Positions 41,342 to 56,354 are shown, counted from the first letter of the stretch. The stretch: 64,000 nucleotides of DNA from Eledone cirrhosa (GCA_964016885.1 OZ024745.1:68138001-68202000), one strand, 5' to 3'. Notes: generated by a model not told the origin, from the sequence alone. Made by a program: numbers and translations.

Positions 41342-41861
41342 AATATATGAACAATCGTCTGGTTGTGGAACAAACCAATCAACCAGAAATTTATAAATAC
41401 TTAAATTTATAAATTTAATTTATAATAAATTGGAGCGAAAGCAAATGGTGCGTGTGCTTCTTATTGGCAACATGACCCTCCCAAAGCATAACAATATATA
41501 TATATATATATATTCTTTGTATATATATATAAATACACAGACACCAACCCACACCCACACATATGCACACACACACACATATATATATATATACATATAT
41601 ATATGAAGTTAGACGGCCAATTAGGGCATTATATCCAACACTCCAACTGGTAGTTCTCGAAGTATCCTGAGAGGAGTACTCAACTGCCTGAGACATCCCA
41701 GATTGCAAGCCAGTGGTGACATACGGTTCCTCTTTACGTATCTGAGCAGCCCTACTAAGATTAGAACTGCTAACCAGATTTCTGGCGCAGCTGATGGATC
41801 TCCGTTTATGCGCTTGAGATATCAAACGAAACAATTATATATATATATATGAGTGTGTGTG

Positions 41862-41948
<87 letters not shown>

Positions 41949-42082
41949 CTATGTGTGTGTGTTTTACTTTTCAATAATATCTTTGTATTCGGCCTTTAAG
42001 AGATGACAGACAAAAAGAATGTGTGGTTCTGTTGGTTTATTCTTTTATCATTGCACAGACGGAAAGCGTTATAAATAAATAT

Positions 42083-42167
<85 letters not shown>

Positions 42168-42509
42168 CATATATATGTGTGTGTGTGTGAAGGCTCGCAG
42201 CCTAGTGTATAGGAATTTCGGCAACGGGGCCTTACCGAATACATACATACGTTTTATATATATATATATATGGTGTCCAAAGTAGGATGCAACTAAACAG
42301 CTCCTCCTTATTTCTGCAGCTCTCTCCACCAAAGTGAACTCTTATTCCTCTAATCGTGTGTGCAAGCTTACTGTATACTCATCTTTGGTGGAGTGTACTT
42401 TTTAGGAGACATTGAAAATGGCACGAAGTACACACACACACTCTCTCTCTTTCTTGCACACATACACACAGACACACACACACGCACACATACACACACA
42501 TATATAAAT

Positions 42510-42588
<79 letters not shown>

Positions 42589-42615
42589 ACACACACACAC
42601 ACATATATATATATA

Positions 42616-42784
42616 ACGAAGGAGTTGTGGTAAGGAACCAGATGAACCATAACGCACCAGAGTACTCAATACTTAGGGTAGTAGAGTGGTTAATAGGAAA
42701 TTGTATGACCCCGACTGCTATTTCTAGTCCAGAAATAGCCGTCGAAACGGCTTGAGCTCTGACGTCGGGGTCATACATTTTCCT
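42616..42784 (-). mobile_element. Partly collapsed copy of the 32015 family
   Basis: Reverse complement matches 32017-32220 with an internal deletion in one arm. Confidence 0.85.
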
Positions 42785-42996
42785 ATATATATATATTAGA
42801 AAGTGAGGCTTTTTTACAGAATGAAAAATAACTGAGGTGTCCTACACGAGTGAAAGTATAAAGAAAAAAAGATGAAATCGAAAATGTAACTGGGTTATTT
42901 AAAAAATATATATATATTTATTTGGTTCCTTTACCGGTTTCGCAGTTCTTCTGCTTTTCAAAAGTAGAGTTGAGATGGAGGGTCTGTGGTTTTTCT

Positions 42997-43061
<65 letters not shown>

Positions 43062-43199
43062 TAAACACGTGATTCAGACGTATACCTTTGAGGAAGTAGG
43101 AGGAGAGAAAATCTCATTATGGAGATAGGAAGAAGTTGAAGAAAGTGTTAGTAGAGTTGTCGTTGCTATTGCTGTTTATGTAGTTTTTGTTGTTTTCGT

Positions 43200-43520
43200 A
43201 TTGGTTGTTGCTCTTGTTGTTGGTGTTGGTGCAGTCTCTGCTGTATTCGTTGTGGCTGTAGTTGTTGGTTTTGGTATTGGTGCTGTTTAAGTTGCTTTCG
43301 TTGTTGGTGTTGGTGTTGGTGCTGTTTTCGTTGTTTCCGTTGTCGTTGTTGCTGGCGTCGGTGCTGTTTTCGTTGTTTTCATTGTCGTTGTTGTTGGTGT
43401 CGGTGCTGTTTTCGTTGTTTTCTTGTCGTTGTTGCTGTTGTTGTTGGTGTTGGCGCTGTTTTTGTTGCCATTATAGTTGTTGCTGTTACTGTTACTGTTT
43501 TTGTTGTTGTCACTATTGTT
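43200..43520. repeat. TTG-rich minisatellite with ~42 bp unit
   Basis: TGCTGTTTTCGTTGTTTxxxTTGTCGTTGTTGxTGGxGTCGG repeated about 3 times from 43320. Confidence 0.75.
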
Positions 43521-44217
43521 TTTAGTACGTTTTGATTTTGTCGAGAAGAGAGTTCTGCAGTTTGGGGAAGAACGGCAGTAATTTGATGAAGAGAGAAATC
43601 GATAAAACATTTATTTTATAATTAAAAGGAAGATATTTCATTTGATTGACAGTTTATGCAAAAATTACATTAATTTCTAGATTTTGTTTATTTTTGGCAA
43701 CAAACAACAACAACAAAAACGAAATATTTTTTTGATATTCTGTTATAATATTTTTGAAGTTAAGAGGAAGGTAAGGTAAGAGATTGAAATCTCATCTAAT
43801 TCCAGTTGACTGATTGGTCGGGCTCCACTGACATGGGCATCTTTGATGAACAAATCTCCTAGATTTATTGATCTTCTCTAGACTCTCTACACTGATCGAT
43901 GTTTAGGGATCAGTTGCTTTTATATGCAGAAATACGTTCACGAACCTGTTAACATACACATTAAATTACACGCAAACACACTCTCTCACACACACAAACA
44001 AACACATGCATACACAAACATTCACATACACATTCATGCACAAATATTTATTCACATTTGCATATTGAAGGAGATATATGTGCACACACCTGTTAACATA
44101 CGCATTTAATTACACACAAATACAAACACAAATATTTATACACATACATATAAAGTGAGAAATACATGCCTGTACATATTAAAAGTTACGTGGAATTACA
44201 GAGAGAGAGAGAGATAG

Positions 44218-44309
<92 letters not shown>

Positions 44310-44924
44310 AGAAATAGATACATATACAAAAGTACTCTTAGACAAACACAAATGCTTATCCAAATTGGGCACATATACGAACGTACTCATACACATATAC
44401 CTTTATATAAAAACAGACTCACGTACACATACTCAAACATATATACACAGAAACGCAAACACATTCACACACACATACACCTTATAAAAAGATATACACT
44501 CCTCTCTCCCTCACACATTAACAGACGTCTTCGCTTTCCCTTTCTCTGTGGCTCCCATTTCGTCATGATTCTATCTCTCTTGATGTCCGCATTGACCTTC
44601 ATCATTCAGAATCAGCGGTTGGTGGCGCTACTGAAGTAGAGTCATACGTTAGGTCTTTTGGCATCTCTTAAGACCACTGGACCATCCCTTATAACACGGA
44701 ACATGGTGACTTGCATGCTTGTGACACAGTCAACTTCCTTTTGCACCACATAAAGAGCATAGCTACCTGTCTGTGTAATTATGTGTGTGCTTGTATGTGT
44801 ACGTATATAAGGGTCTTTTCCTACCACATTAAGCGCTAAACTAATATATACATCGGCGTATTATTCTCCTGATCTCTCTGGAAAGATTTAAATAAACAGT
44901 TAATAGTTTTTAATAGTTTTTGAT

Positions 44925-45110
44925 TTAGTGGGAGGGGAAAGTCGACTATATCGACCCCAATGCATTATTGGTACTTTATATTATTGACCCCATAAGAATG
45001 AAAGGCAAAACTAACCTTGACGTGATTTGAACTCGGAACGTAAAGGGCCGTAACTCCATGCAGCGAAGCAGTGTGTCCGATGCTTTACCGATACTTCCAA
45101 TCCTCCGCCT
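44925..45110 (-). mobile_element. SINE
   Basis: Same family. Confidence 0.8.
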
Positions 45111-45273
45111 TTTCTAAATAAAAAGAGAATGAGACACATAGATAGAGATAGAGAAAGACAGGAATAAAGACAACGAATTAACGAGAGACAGTGATTTATT
45201 GAATCAAATTTAAAACTTGCTGGAAAATTAACATAATTACATATAAAATCCGGACTTGTCATTCCCACCTTAG

Positions 45274-45312
45274 CCCTAACCCTAACCCTAACCCTAACCC
45301 TAACCATAACCA
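45274..45312 (-). repeat. Short interstitial (TTAGGG)n tract
   Basis: (CCCTAA)5 followed by CCATAA. Confidence 0.8.
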
Positions 45313-45734
45313 TATCGTCGCCACAAAAGTATGTTAACTGGCATTTTTAAATTATTTCATATTAGACAAATGTTTGAGAATTTAACAGAAGTTTTCAGTG
45401 GCCTTGTGTTTCTATGAGGGTGGTGTATGTTGTAACATGGCGATGTTTTGTGAGATACATCATGTATCTCTAGTACTTTGGATTTAATTATTATTCTTTG
45501 TAATTATTTTTACTTTGGAAAACTGTAGAGGATTTAATAGGCAAATTATATATATATAGTAGATATTACTTATCTAGTTAGGTGTTTTATTTTCTATAAA
45601 TTGATGTGGTTTATATGAAACTGATATGTATGTATATATATATATCTGCGTATACGTGCATACACATGCATATATAAATGCATATATATATATATATATA
45701 CATATACATTTATGTATGCATGTATGTATGTATG

Positions 45735-45773
<39 letters not shown>

Positions 45774-46020
45774 TCAGTGAGAATCGTATTTCGGCGGGTA
45801 GAAATAAGCGAAACGCAATTTCCGATTTGTGTTGGCAAGCGCTCCATTGACCAAAAGAGATCAGAGCAATAAACATATGTTATAAAGGCCATACAAACTG
45901 AGACGGCGGTTAAGAAGCTATCAACCAACTAAGACCCCCCCCCCCCCCCCAAAAAAAAAAAACAAAACAAAAAAAAACAAAAAAAAAACAAAAAAAAAAC
46001 GAAGCAAGCTAAACAGGTCA

Positions 46021-46910
<890 letters not shown>

Positions 46911-47402
46911 CATATAAATGTATGTTTACTCTGATAAATATCCAGAGGCATTATCAACAACCAGCCGACCGATACGAAACTAAATATCCTGGCTTGTATT
47001 GTGTGTGTATATATATAGCGTATAGATAAAGAGATATAGAAAGAGTGAAATACATGTTCCAGTCTCTCTATCATAAACTTAATTCTTATCTTTCACACAC
47101 GCACCTACAGCTGTTTGTTTACTCATTTAGAGAGTAGGAGAAAAAGTGAGACAGATTTTTATATACGTTCTTTGAACAAATGAAGAAGTGCTCAATACAC
47201 AGTTTAGAGTTTAGAGTATGATTATATATATTTTTTGAGTCGTGTGCTGTTACTTCATTTTCAGGTTTACACACTCGACGAAGCGGCAGCTACATGCACA
47301 GTTTACATGCACAAATACATATATACATACACACATAGATACATACACATGTCTATACACATACATGAATATATACATAAATGTATGTATTAATACAACC
47401 GT

Positions 47403-47502
<100 letters not shown>

Positions 47503-47598
47503 CTCTCTCTATATATCTCTCTCTATATATATACATATATATATATACATATATATATATACATACGTACATACATACATACATGCATACATATATAC

Positions 47599-47630
<32 letters not shown>

Positions 47631-47631
<1 letters not shown>

Positions 47632-47755
47632 TACAGCGTCAAAACACGCTCTGCTTAACATGTGATTAATATATGTATGTGTGTGTATATATATATATAC
47701 ACACACATACATATATTAATGATATGTTAAGCAGACCGTGTTTTGACGCTGTATA
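47631..47755. repeat. ~125 bp near-perfect palindrome centred on (TA)n
   Basis: TATACAGCGTCAAAACACG..GCTTAACAT..TTAATATATGTATGTGTGTG(TA)nCACACACATACATATATTAA..ATGTTAAGCAGA..CGTGTTTTGACGCTGTATA. Confidence 0.85.
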
Positions 47756-48342
47756 ATTTAAACTGAATTAAATAGACAGGAAAATTGTAAACAGAATTTA
47801 ATCAGTTATTTACAATTGTGTATTTAATTCAATTTATTTACATAGCAGTGTCGACTGAAAACATTAATTTACTGTAAAGAACATTTTACATATACTAGTG
47901 TACCCGTCTCATGAAAAATGACGTGGGTATAATTAATTCTCGACAATGGTGCACCTGTCCATAATGATAGGTGATACCTCTGGAGTCCTTGGTCCCCGTA
48001 CTGCCTATTTTCCCTCGCAAAATCGGAAAGACAGCTCCCCACCTGATGAATGAACTGCGGGAGGCGGGATAACTGTTGCAGCGAGTGTCGATGGCCATTC
48101 TCCATGGTCATACCTTTGCCATTCTATCTGCGGAACACGGCTGAATCACCATCCAGACAAGGGTACCGAGTCTGTCCATAGAGATATTGCACCCAATTTT
48201 CTAACCTATTTTCTACGTCTACATTTAAAAATAATTTCATAACTATCAAGAGATTCGAGCGTTCGAGTCTTTGCATTCAATATGTTTACATCAAAATCTG
48301 TTCGATTTAGATATGTAATTTAGACGGATATTGTTGTCAGAA

Positions 48343-48416
48343 ATCCCTTAGCTCAATGGTTTAGGCACACACCCAGAATTTGAGAGATACGGAGTTTGAT
48401 TCTTTGTAGCGACCAG
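48343..48416 (+). pseudogene. tRNA-like remnant
   Basis: TAGCTCAATGG A-box, GAGTTTGATTC B-box-like, ends in ACCA. The cloverleaf does not pair fully. Confidence 0.35.
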
Positions 48417-48586
48417 TGGCAACTTTTTTTTTCCGTCGACATGGGTATTCAACCCGATTTTCTAAGCCATTATTTATGGCAATCGTCTGTATTTATAGTT
48501 ATTTTATACTTATGGGACCCCTACATTTTCTATGAATTTTATAACTACCCAGAGTTTCGACGATAATTCGATACTTTGCATATGAT

Positions 48587-48642
<56 letters not shown>

Positions 48643-48934
48643 TTATATACATTTTCTGGTTCTTTTTCATCGGCACAGGTTGAAATAGTTGGTCATCATA
48701 CGATCAACGAAACGTACATACCTGATACATAGTGCTGACCTAAATATAGATGATCATTTCCAGTGGCGGACTGGGTCTAAAATTATTGGTTGCCAGGAGA
48801 TGAAGGGGGCCCACGTACATATAGAATGGTATCATTTAATTTTTATAATGAATAAATAACATTTAAAAAAAATACAGTGGAAACAAAATAGTGCAATTAA
48901 ACGTTTTGCGGTAAAATATCTTACCTTCTCCAAT

Positions 48935-49121
48935 AATTGTTTCTACTTTAGGCACAAGGCCAGCAATTACCCAGTACATTACTGGTACTTTATTTTATCG
49001 ACCCGTAATGATGAAAGGCAAAGTTAACCTCGGCGGGATTTGAACTCAGACCATAAAGGGCCGTAACTCTTTGCTGCAAAGCATGGCGTCTGACCCTCTA
49101 CCGATACTGTCAATCCACCAC
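48935..49121 (-). mobile_element. SINE (truncated copies also at 49450-49520, 51162-51265, 63343-63388)
   Basis: Same family. Confidence 0.8.
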
Positions 49122-49208
49122 TTACATTCTCCAATAATAAAGAGTATTATGTATTTTGCGGAATCCAGAGACTTTCAATAACGACCTTTGGTCTTTCACA
49201 CACAAACT

Positions 49209-49250
<42 letters not shown>

Positions 49251-49989
49251 TATATATATATATATATATATACACACGCCACCTTCACCACTAATTGATT
49301 TGACAGATGTCTTTAACCCATTGGTACCAACCATTATTTGGTCAGTAGTTCGTGTGTATGTGTAAATATATATATATATATATATATATAATTTGTTTGT
49401 TAAAATAATAAAATTAAATTAATTCAACAGTTAAACACACAGGAATAATAATTGTTTCTACTTTAGGCACAAGGCCAGAAATTACCCAGTGCATTACTGG
49501 TACTTTATTTTATCGACCCCATGTTGGTATCAAAGAGCCAGAAGATTGACAAGTTGACCCTAAATAGGACTAATAGCTCTAGGAAAGCCATGAATGACAC
49601 CAAATCTTTTTAACTTTGATTTTGAAAGTAGTTTTATAATTATTAATTTTCATTATACTTTTGTAGCTGTCTCGGCGGCCTAGCTGGAGAAATCGTAGAC
49701 GGTGGTGATCCTGGTCTGAAGTTCGATTCTGGTCGGGAGTACCGTTAGAGCCTTTCAGTTTTTTTTTCTATGGAATGTAAAATAAAAACTAAAGAAGATT
49801 ACATGCACCTCTCGACCAGGATTGAAACAAACCAAGACCAGAGCCTTCACCGTCTCTGGTACCTACCGCTAGTCCACTGAGACAGCTACGAAAATCACCT
49901 GAAAAATCATACTTATAAACCTAATTTTAAAATTTGATACCAAACATTATTTGGTTAGTAGTTCGTGTGTACGTGTAAGTATGTATATA

Positions 49990-50385
49990 TATATTAGAAA
50001 GTGAGGTTTTTTTTTACAAAATGAAAAATAACCGAGGTGTCCTACACGAGAGAAATTATAAAGAAAAAAAGATGAAATGGAAAATGTAACTGGGTTATTT
50101 AAAAAAAAATATATATATTTATTTGGTTCCTTTACCGGTTTCGCAGTTCTTCTGTGGTTTTTCTCAGATGTGAGAAAAACCACAGACCCTCCATCTCAAC
50201 TCTACTTTTGAAAAGCAGAAGAACTGCGAAACCGGTAAAGGACCCAAATAAATATATATATATTTTTTTAAATAAGACTCCAGTTGCATTTTCGATTTCA
50301 TCTTTTTTTCTTTATACTTTCACTCGTGTAGGACACCTCGGTTATTTTTCATTTTGTAAAAAAAACCTCACTTTCTAATATATAT
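49990..50385. mobile_element. Fold-back element with hammerhead; single-arm copy at 42793-43000
   Basis: 49990-50166 mirrors 50171-50385, with ~40 nt deleted from the left arm. (TA)n flanks. Confidence 0.85.
50205..50240 (+). ncRNA. Minimal hammerhead ribozyme, U3:A8 variant (second copy 42929-42964, -)
   Basis: CTT-TTGAAAA-GCAG(AAGAA)CTGC-GAAA-CCGG-TA-AAG. Palindromic ACCGGT stem III, GUA site. Confidence 0.7.
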
Positions 50386-50445
50386 ATATATAATATAATG
50401 AAATGACAGGAGGCTGGATTTGTGTACATCCTTGAAAGGTTTATT

Positions 50446-50503
50446 ATACTATGATCATTTCAATGACCGGGTTCCGTATGAATCCGGTGATATCATCAGG
50501 TAT
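50446..50503 (-). ncRNA. Hammerhead ribozyme
   Basis: ATAC-CTGATGA-TATCACCGGATTC..GAACCCGGTCATT-GAAA-TGATCA-TA-GTAT. Palindromic stem III, ~55 nt from (TA)n. Confidence 0.75.
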
Positions 50504-50698
50504 TCGAAATATAATACGTGAATGTAATAGATAAAATCCATGGGGCTGAAAATCGAGGACCCGACGGCGACCGCTATCTTGCACCCTCTACCTTAGCCTG
50601 TCGCCCTATAATCATCATCATCATCATCATTTTACGTCCGCTTTTCCCTGCTTACAAGGGTGGGACGATTTCTACAGCTGGATGCCCTTCCTAATGCC

Positions 50699-50752
<54 letters not shown>

Positions 50753-51576
50753 TTGTGTGTGTCTATATACGTATGTTTACATGCATGATTGTATTCAATC
50801 ATGCATGCAGTTGAGTAGAATGTACAACCACTGATTCTAGCTATTTGCACTATCATATATTTTGGTTTCTATTAATTCCTCGGGGAATTGCTTGACCAAA
50901 TGCTTTGCTTAATTGTTTTATTTATTTTCTTTTTTTAAATGTTATTCTTTCTCTTAGACTTCAGGTATTTTTTGAAAGTTCAGCATTGGCCCCTAAAATA
51001 CTATAGTTGGCCCTGCAATTCTACTGCCTTCCCCCTGGGGATCACTTGCCATTGGGCAACCTAGTAACCTGGCCAGTCCGTCACTGCATATATACATGTA
51101 ATTTGTTTATTAAAATAATCAAATTAAATTAATTCAACAGTTAAACACAAATAAGAATAATAATTGTTTCTACTTTTGGCACAAGGTCAGCAATTATTCC
51201 AGTGTATTACTGGTACTTTATTTTATCAACCCCGTAAGGATGACAGGCAAAGTTAACCTCGGCGTTAACACATAGGAATAATAATAACACACACACATAT
51301 ATACTTGTGTTCGTGTGTCTGAATCTGAATTTATATCATGCTTTTTTATATCATGTCATCCAGTATTTCAAACAATAGAGATCAATAAATTGAATACGAA
51401 ACTGAAATAAGTATCTGATTGATATGATTAGCCTTAAAAATGCCTAACACAGCTGCAGTCCAATGATTTTAATCGGGAAAAGAAGAAGAGAATAAGAGAA
51501 TAAAAGTATAGATATTCTTGTATTCTAAGCAGTTCGAAATGCTCGTATTCTTAAAATTACTGATGCTCTTCTAACT

Positions 51577-52060
<484 letters not shown>

Positions 52061-52298
52061 ATGTATATATATATACATACTACTGTACGTCTGTATACAT
52101 ATATCTATGTACGTGTACATACTTATATTTAAGTAACAGCCGTACTAAGAGTGGGAAATGAAATTTCGTTTCATTTTTTCCGTTTATCGTTTTCGGTGCA
52201 GCCGGCCGATTAACCCACTCGATATGCAAATTGGGCTACTCAGCCGTTAATATGCATAAGGTAAGTATATACGTTCAAAAATCTGGCAGAAAGGTATA

Positions 52299-52339
52299 CG
52301 TTGCTGACGATAGCTAATAAGCTTGAAACTAGTACAGCG
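52299..52339 (+). ncRNA. Minimal hammerhead ribozyme
   Basis: CGTTG-CTGACGA-TAGCT(AATA)AGCTT-GAAA-CTAG-TA-CAGCG, GUA site, ~55 nt before (TA)n. Confidence 0.8.
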
Positions 52340-52394
52340 TTCCGTTGTCAGTGTTGAACAAACGAGCAACGATGGTTGCTAGACACTACTGCTT

Positions 52395-52422
<28 letters not shown>

Positions 52423-52425
<3 letters not shown>

Positions 52426-53821
52426 ATTAAATAAATGGAAAACTATATTTATAAAACCATATTTATTTCATTATATATATTTCGGGGATATCATATTAAC
52501 AATATGCTATGCCTTCATCAGACAAAATACAATATAAACAGTTTTATAGATAAATAGATTCGACATACCGTTATAACACCGACTTCCATTTGAAGAGGTT
52601 TAAGCTGGCAGTGAAAATATTTTACACAGAGAGAAAGAAAGAGAGAAAAAAAAGACAGAAAACGAAGAAAAGGAAGAAAAAGAAGAAAAAGAAGAAATGC
52701 ATGGAACAAAATAGAGAGATGGAAAGATAGATAAAGCGAAGAACTTCATGTAAAGAAACAGAAAGAGATATATATATATAGAGAGAGAGGAAATAGAGAT
52801 AGATACATATATATATAGAAAATTAGGTAGTGGGAGGTCATTTTGAGTAAATGTATCAATGATACATTTATTTATTTATTTATTTATTTAGCTCAAGTAT
52901 TAATGTAAGGGAGATATATATATAGAGAAAAAAAAAATATAGAGAGAGGAAAAAAATAGCGAGAGAAAAAAAATTTTAAAATAGCCAGATATATTCGAGG
53001 CGTAAAAACCCTATGTTTTAATGTATTAGTATTTATAAAATATCAGTATTCCTGAATGAGACAAGTATCCATAGTGTGTGAAAATTAATTATCTTATGTT
53101 TAGTTTTAAAAAATTCATATGTTTATGTGACAGCTACAAACATCCATGCGAATCCGCATGATTCACTCTGCAAACTCTAAGTTCACGGAAAACATTCTCA
53201 ATGTGGTATAAAAATTTGAGCATACATATATGTGTATTATTATTCCTGTCTTTACTCTACAAGATTATCTATCAAGCAGAAATAGAGAGCAGATTTCAAT
53301 ATACTAATAAAAATATATATCAGAAACCAAACTAAAAATAAAAATAAAAAGATAACAATAATAATAATAAGTAAAAATAAGTAATAATAAAATAGAAAAC
53401 TAAAAAAATAATTACGAAAGAATATTACATAATAAAAATATTACATATTAAAAATATTACGTATTAAAAAATATTACGTATTAAAAATTTACATATTAAA
53501 GATATTAAAAATAAAAATAAAAATAAAAAAATATTATAAAATACTACAATAATAAAAAATAAAAATAAAAATAAACCACAAAGATCAACCCTTCAAAGTT
53601 AATTGACAATATATTGCCAAGTTCATTACAAGACAAAGCCAAAAATTATCTATCAAATCACATCTAGCAAAGATCATTTCAAAAAGTTTATGATGTCCAA
53701 TTTGGACTACATATGTTCTTATATTTAATATAGAAGTTTATCTAGTGTAAGGTTTATTCAAAAAATTTGGAGCATCAGCTTTTAGGGTAGCTTAATTTTT
53801 CATGAGGAATGTTTAGATAAA

Positions 53822-53852
<31 letters not shown>

Positions 53853-55371
53853 TAAAAATAAAAATAAACAATAAAAAAAAAAGAAGGAATCAAAGATTTA
53901 GGAATCAAAAATTTATCGGCTAGTTTCCCATATAAATATAAATCAAACTAAATATACTACATTTTAAATTTAAATTTATATTTAAACGTTGAGTTTAATC
54001 TATGTTTGCAACAACTGAATAAATTTGTCCGTAGGTTAAGGGAATTTTTAGATTTTAGTATAAAGAATATCTCCTCTGCGCAGAGGTCACATGTCTCAGA
54101 GGATGAATTAAAAGGAATCCCTCTTGAGACTATATTCCAAGCCGTCGAATATCTAACGTTATCTAGCTTAAGTTGCCAGAGTACGCCTGATAGTGCCGTT
54201 GAAGATTTTTTACTTGGATCTGTGAAAGAATTCTTGTGGTTATTATAGCGAAGTTTAAATTCCGTCGATGTGGAACCGACGTAGTTAAAAGAATTAGAGT
54301 CAGTATTAACATTACAATTGTATACTATATTTTTAACTAAGCAGTTGTTATTTAACGGACATTTAGATCTATCTCTACAGTTACATTTGTTAACTTGTAT
54401 ATTATTTATGCTATTATCACTAGGTTTTAAGTTCCTATTATTTATTCTATTAATATTTTGTGCTAAATTTTTGGTGGATGAGTAGGTTAATTTAATTGTA
54501 TGCCTATTGAAAATTGAGTGATACCTATGTGTTCTAGGGAAGCGATTATCAAGAGCTTTGAAAAATAATTTAGCGATGTGGGTTTTAATGTTTAGTGAGA
54601 AAGGGGGGGAAAACCAAATTATGTTCCTAGTTCTATTTCTTTTTTGTCCTTTGGAATTATTGTAATGCTTTCTATTATAGTTGTTAATGTTGTTGCCGTA
54701 ATTAAAAAAGTTGTTACTTTGTTTAGTTTGTCTAACATTATCTATGTACACAATCTTATCATCATATCCTGCCCTAGCTAATGCTTCATTATAGTATTGG
54801 GCCTTTTCGTCGAAAATCTTTCTATTCGACGAGATCCTAGAGATACGTTTTTGAACTGAGTTTACTATAGTGTTTTTGACAGATCTGGGGTGGTTAGAGT
54901 TAAAGTTGACATAGTTTAAGTTTTCATTCAACTTGTGAAAAGGATAGTGGAGACATGTGTTGAGATTTAATGTTATATCTAGGAAATTGACCATTCTATG
55001 GTTGTTCTCAATTTCTATTTTAAGGTTAAAGTAATTAAAAAATTTTGTAATTTGTTTACATTTTCTATTTAGTTCAGGGTTATTATTATTAATAAGTAAA
55101 AGCATGTCATCCCTATATAAACCTCCGGTAGTACCAGGTATTTTCCTATGTAGCGAATTGATTAAAAATAAGCCCACAAGGTCAGTTACCTGAGCCCTTA
55201 ACCTACGGACAAATTTATTCAGTTGTTGCAAACATAGATTAAACTCAACGTTTAAATATAAATTTAAATTTAAAATGTAGTATATTTAGTTTGATTTATA
55301 TTTATATGGGAAACTAGCCGATAAATTTTTGATTCCTAAATCTTTGATTCCTTCTTTTTTTTTATTGTTTA

Positions 55372-55402
<31 letters not shown>

Positions 55403-55749
55403 TTTATCTAAACATTCCTCATGAAAAATTAAGCTACCCTAAAAGCTGATGCTCCAAATTTTTTGAATAAACCTTACACTAGATAAACTTCTATATTAAA
55501 TATAAGAACATATGTAGTCCAAATTGGACATCATAAACTTTTTGAAATGATCTTTGCTAGATGTGATTTGATAGATAATTTTTGGCTTTGTCTTGTAATG
55601 AACTTGGCAATATATTGTCAATTAACTTTGAAGGGTTGATCTTTGTGGTTTATTTTTATTTTTATTTTTTATTATTGTAGTATTTTATAATATTTTTTTA
55701 TTTTTATTTTTATTTTTAATATCTTTAATATGTAAATTTTTAATACGTA

Positions 55750-55756
<7 letters not shown>
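52423..55756 (-). mobile_element. Penelope-like (Naiad-type) element: truncated RT + GIY-YIG ORF (53957-55196), 1.5 kb 3' UTR with hammerhead, inverted copy of its 3' part at the 5' end
   Basis: GLYRDDML, NFLDITLNL, CNCRDRSKCPLNNNC, IVYNC..YVGST..FKLRYNNH, CDLCAEE, CKH. 55195-55756 is the reverse complement of 53468-54042, so the first ~11 aa of the listed ORF are artefact. Both ends abut (TA)n. Confidence 0.95.
52464..52529 (-). ncRNA. Hammerhead ribozyme in PLE 3' UTR
   Basis: TATTTTGT-CTGATGA-AGGCATAGCATATT(GTT)AATATGATATCCCC-GAAA-TATATA-TA-ATGAAATA. Confidence 0.75.
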
Positions 55757-55786
<30 letters not shown>

Positions 55787-56012
55787 CATCTATATATATA
55801 TATATGTGACATATATATATATTTATATGTATATATATATATATATATGTATGTATGAATGAATGTATGTATGAATGTATGTATGTATTCACACTTGTTC
55901 AGCGCATCGGTAGGGGTTCTCCTACATGGATATAAAGTAGTGGCCGTACTCGAAAACGAGTTGGCAGCCACCATGTGTGTATGTATGTACGTGTAATTAT
56001 ATATATACATAT

Positions 56013-56108
<96 letters not shown>

Positions 56109-56268
56109 ATATGTATATATATAATTACACGCACATACATACACACACACATTTGTACATGCATACATATATATATATATATACATATAATATAAATATA
56201 TATATATATGTGATATATATAATATCTATAATATATACAAGCAACATACACACAGATACTTACACACA

Positions 56269-56354
<86 letters not shown>

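Larger units (their letters stand above)
40868..41495 (-). mobile_element. Fold-back element (arms 40926-41231 / 41329-41495, tail 40868-40925) with an RTE fragment inserted in the left arm
   Basis: Inverted arms, HHR at 41299-41341, (TA)n flanks. Both termini recur fused together at 24942-24990. Confidence 0.82.

Noticed and set aside
42207-42242. Minus-strand GGC..GCC-GAAA hairpin with GTAT/ATAC stem
   Set aside because: The core TCGGTAA deviates at invariant positions and stem III is unpaired.
45274-45312. Telomere or chromosome-fusion scar
   Set aside because: Only about six units in one orientation. Such tracts are common inside repeats.
48761-51086. hAT-like TIR pair CAGTGGCGGACTGG / CCAGTCCGTCACTG as one 2.3 kb element
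   Set aside because: The flanks (ATCATTTC versus CATATATA) give no 8 bp target duplication and the interior is a patchwork, so it cannot be called as a single element.
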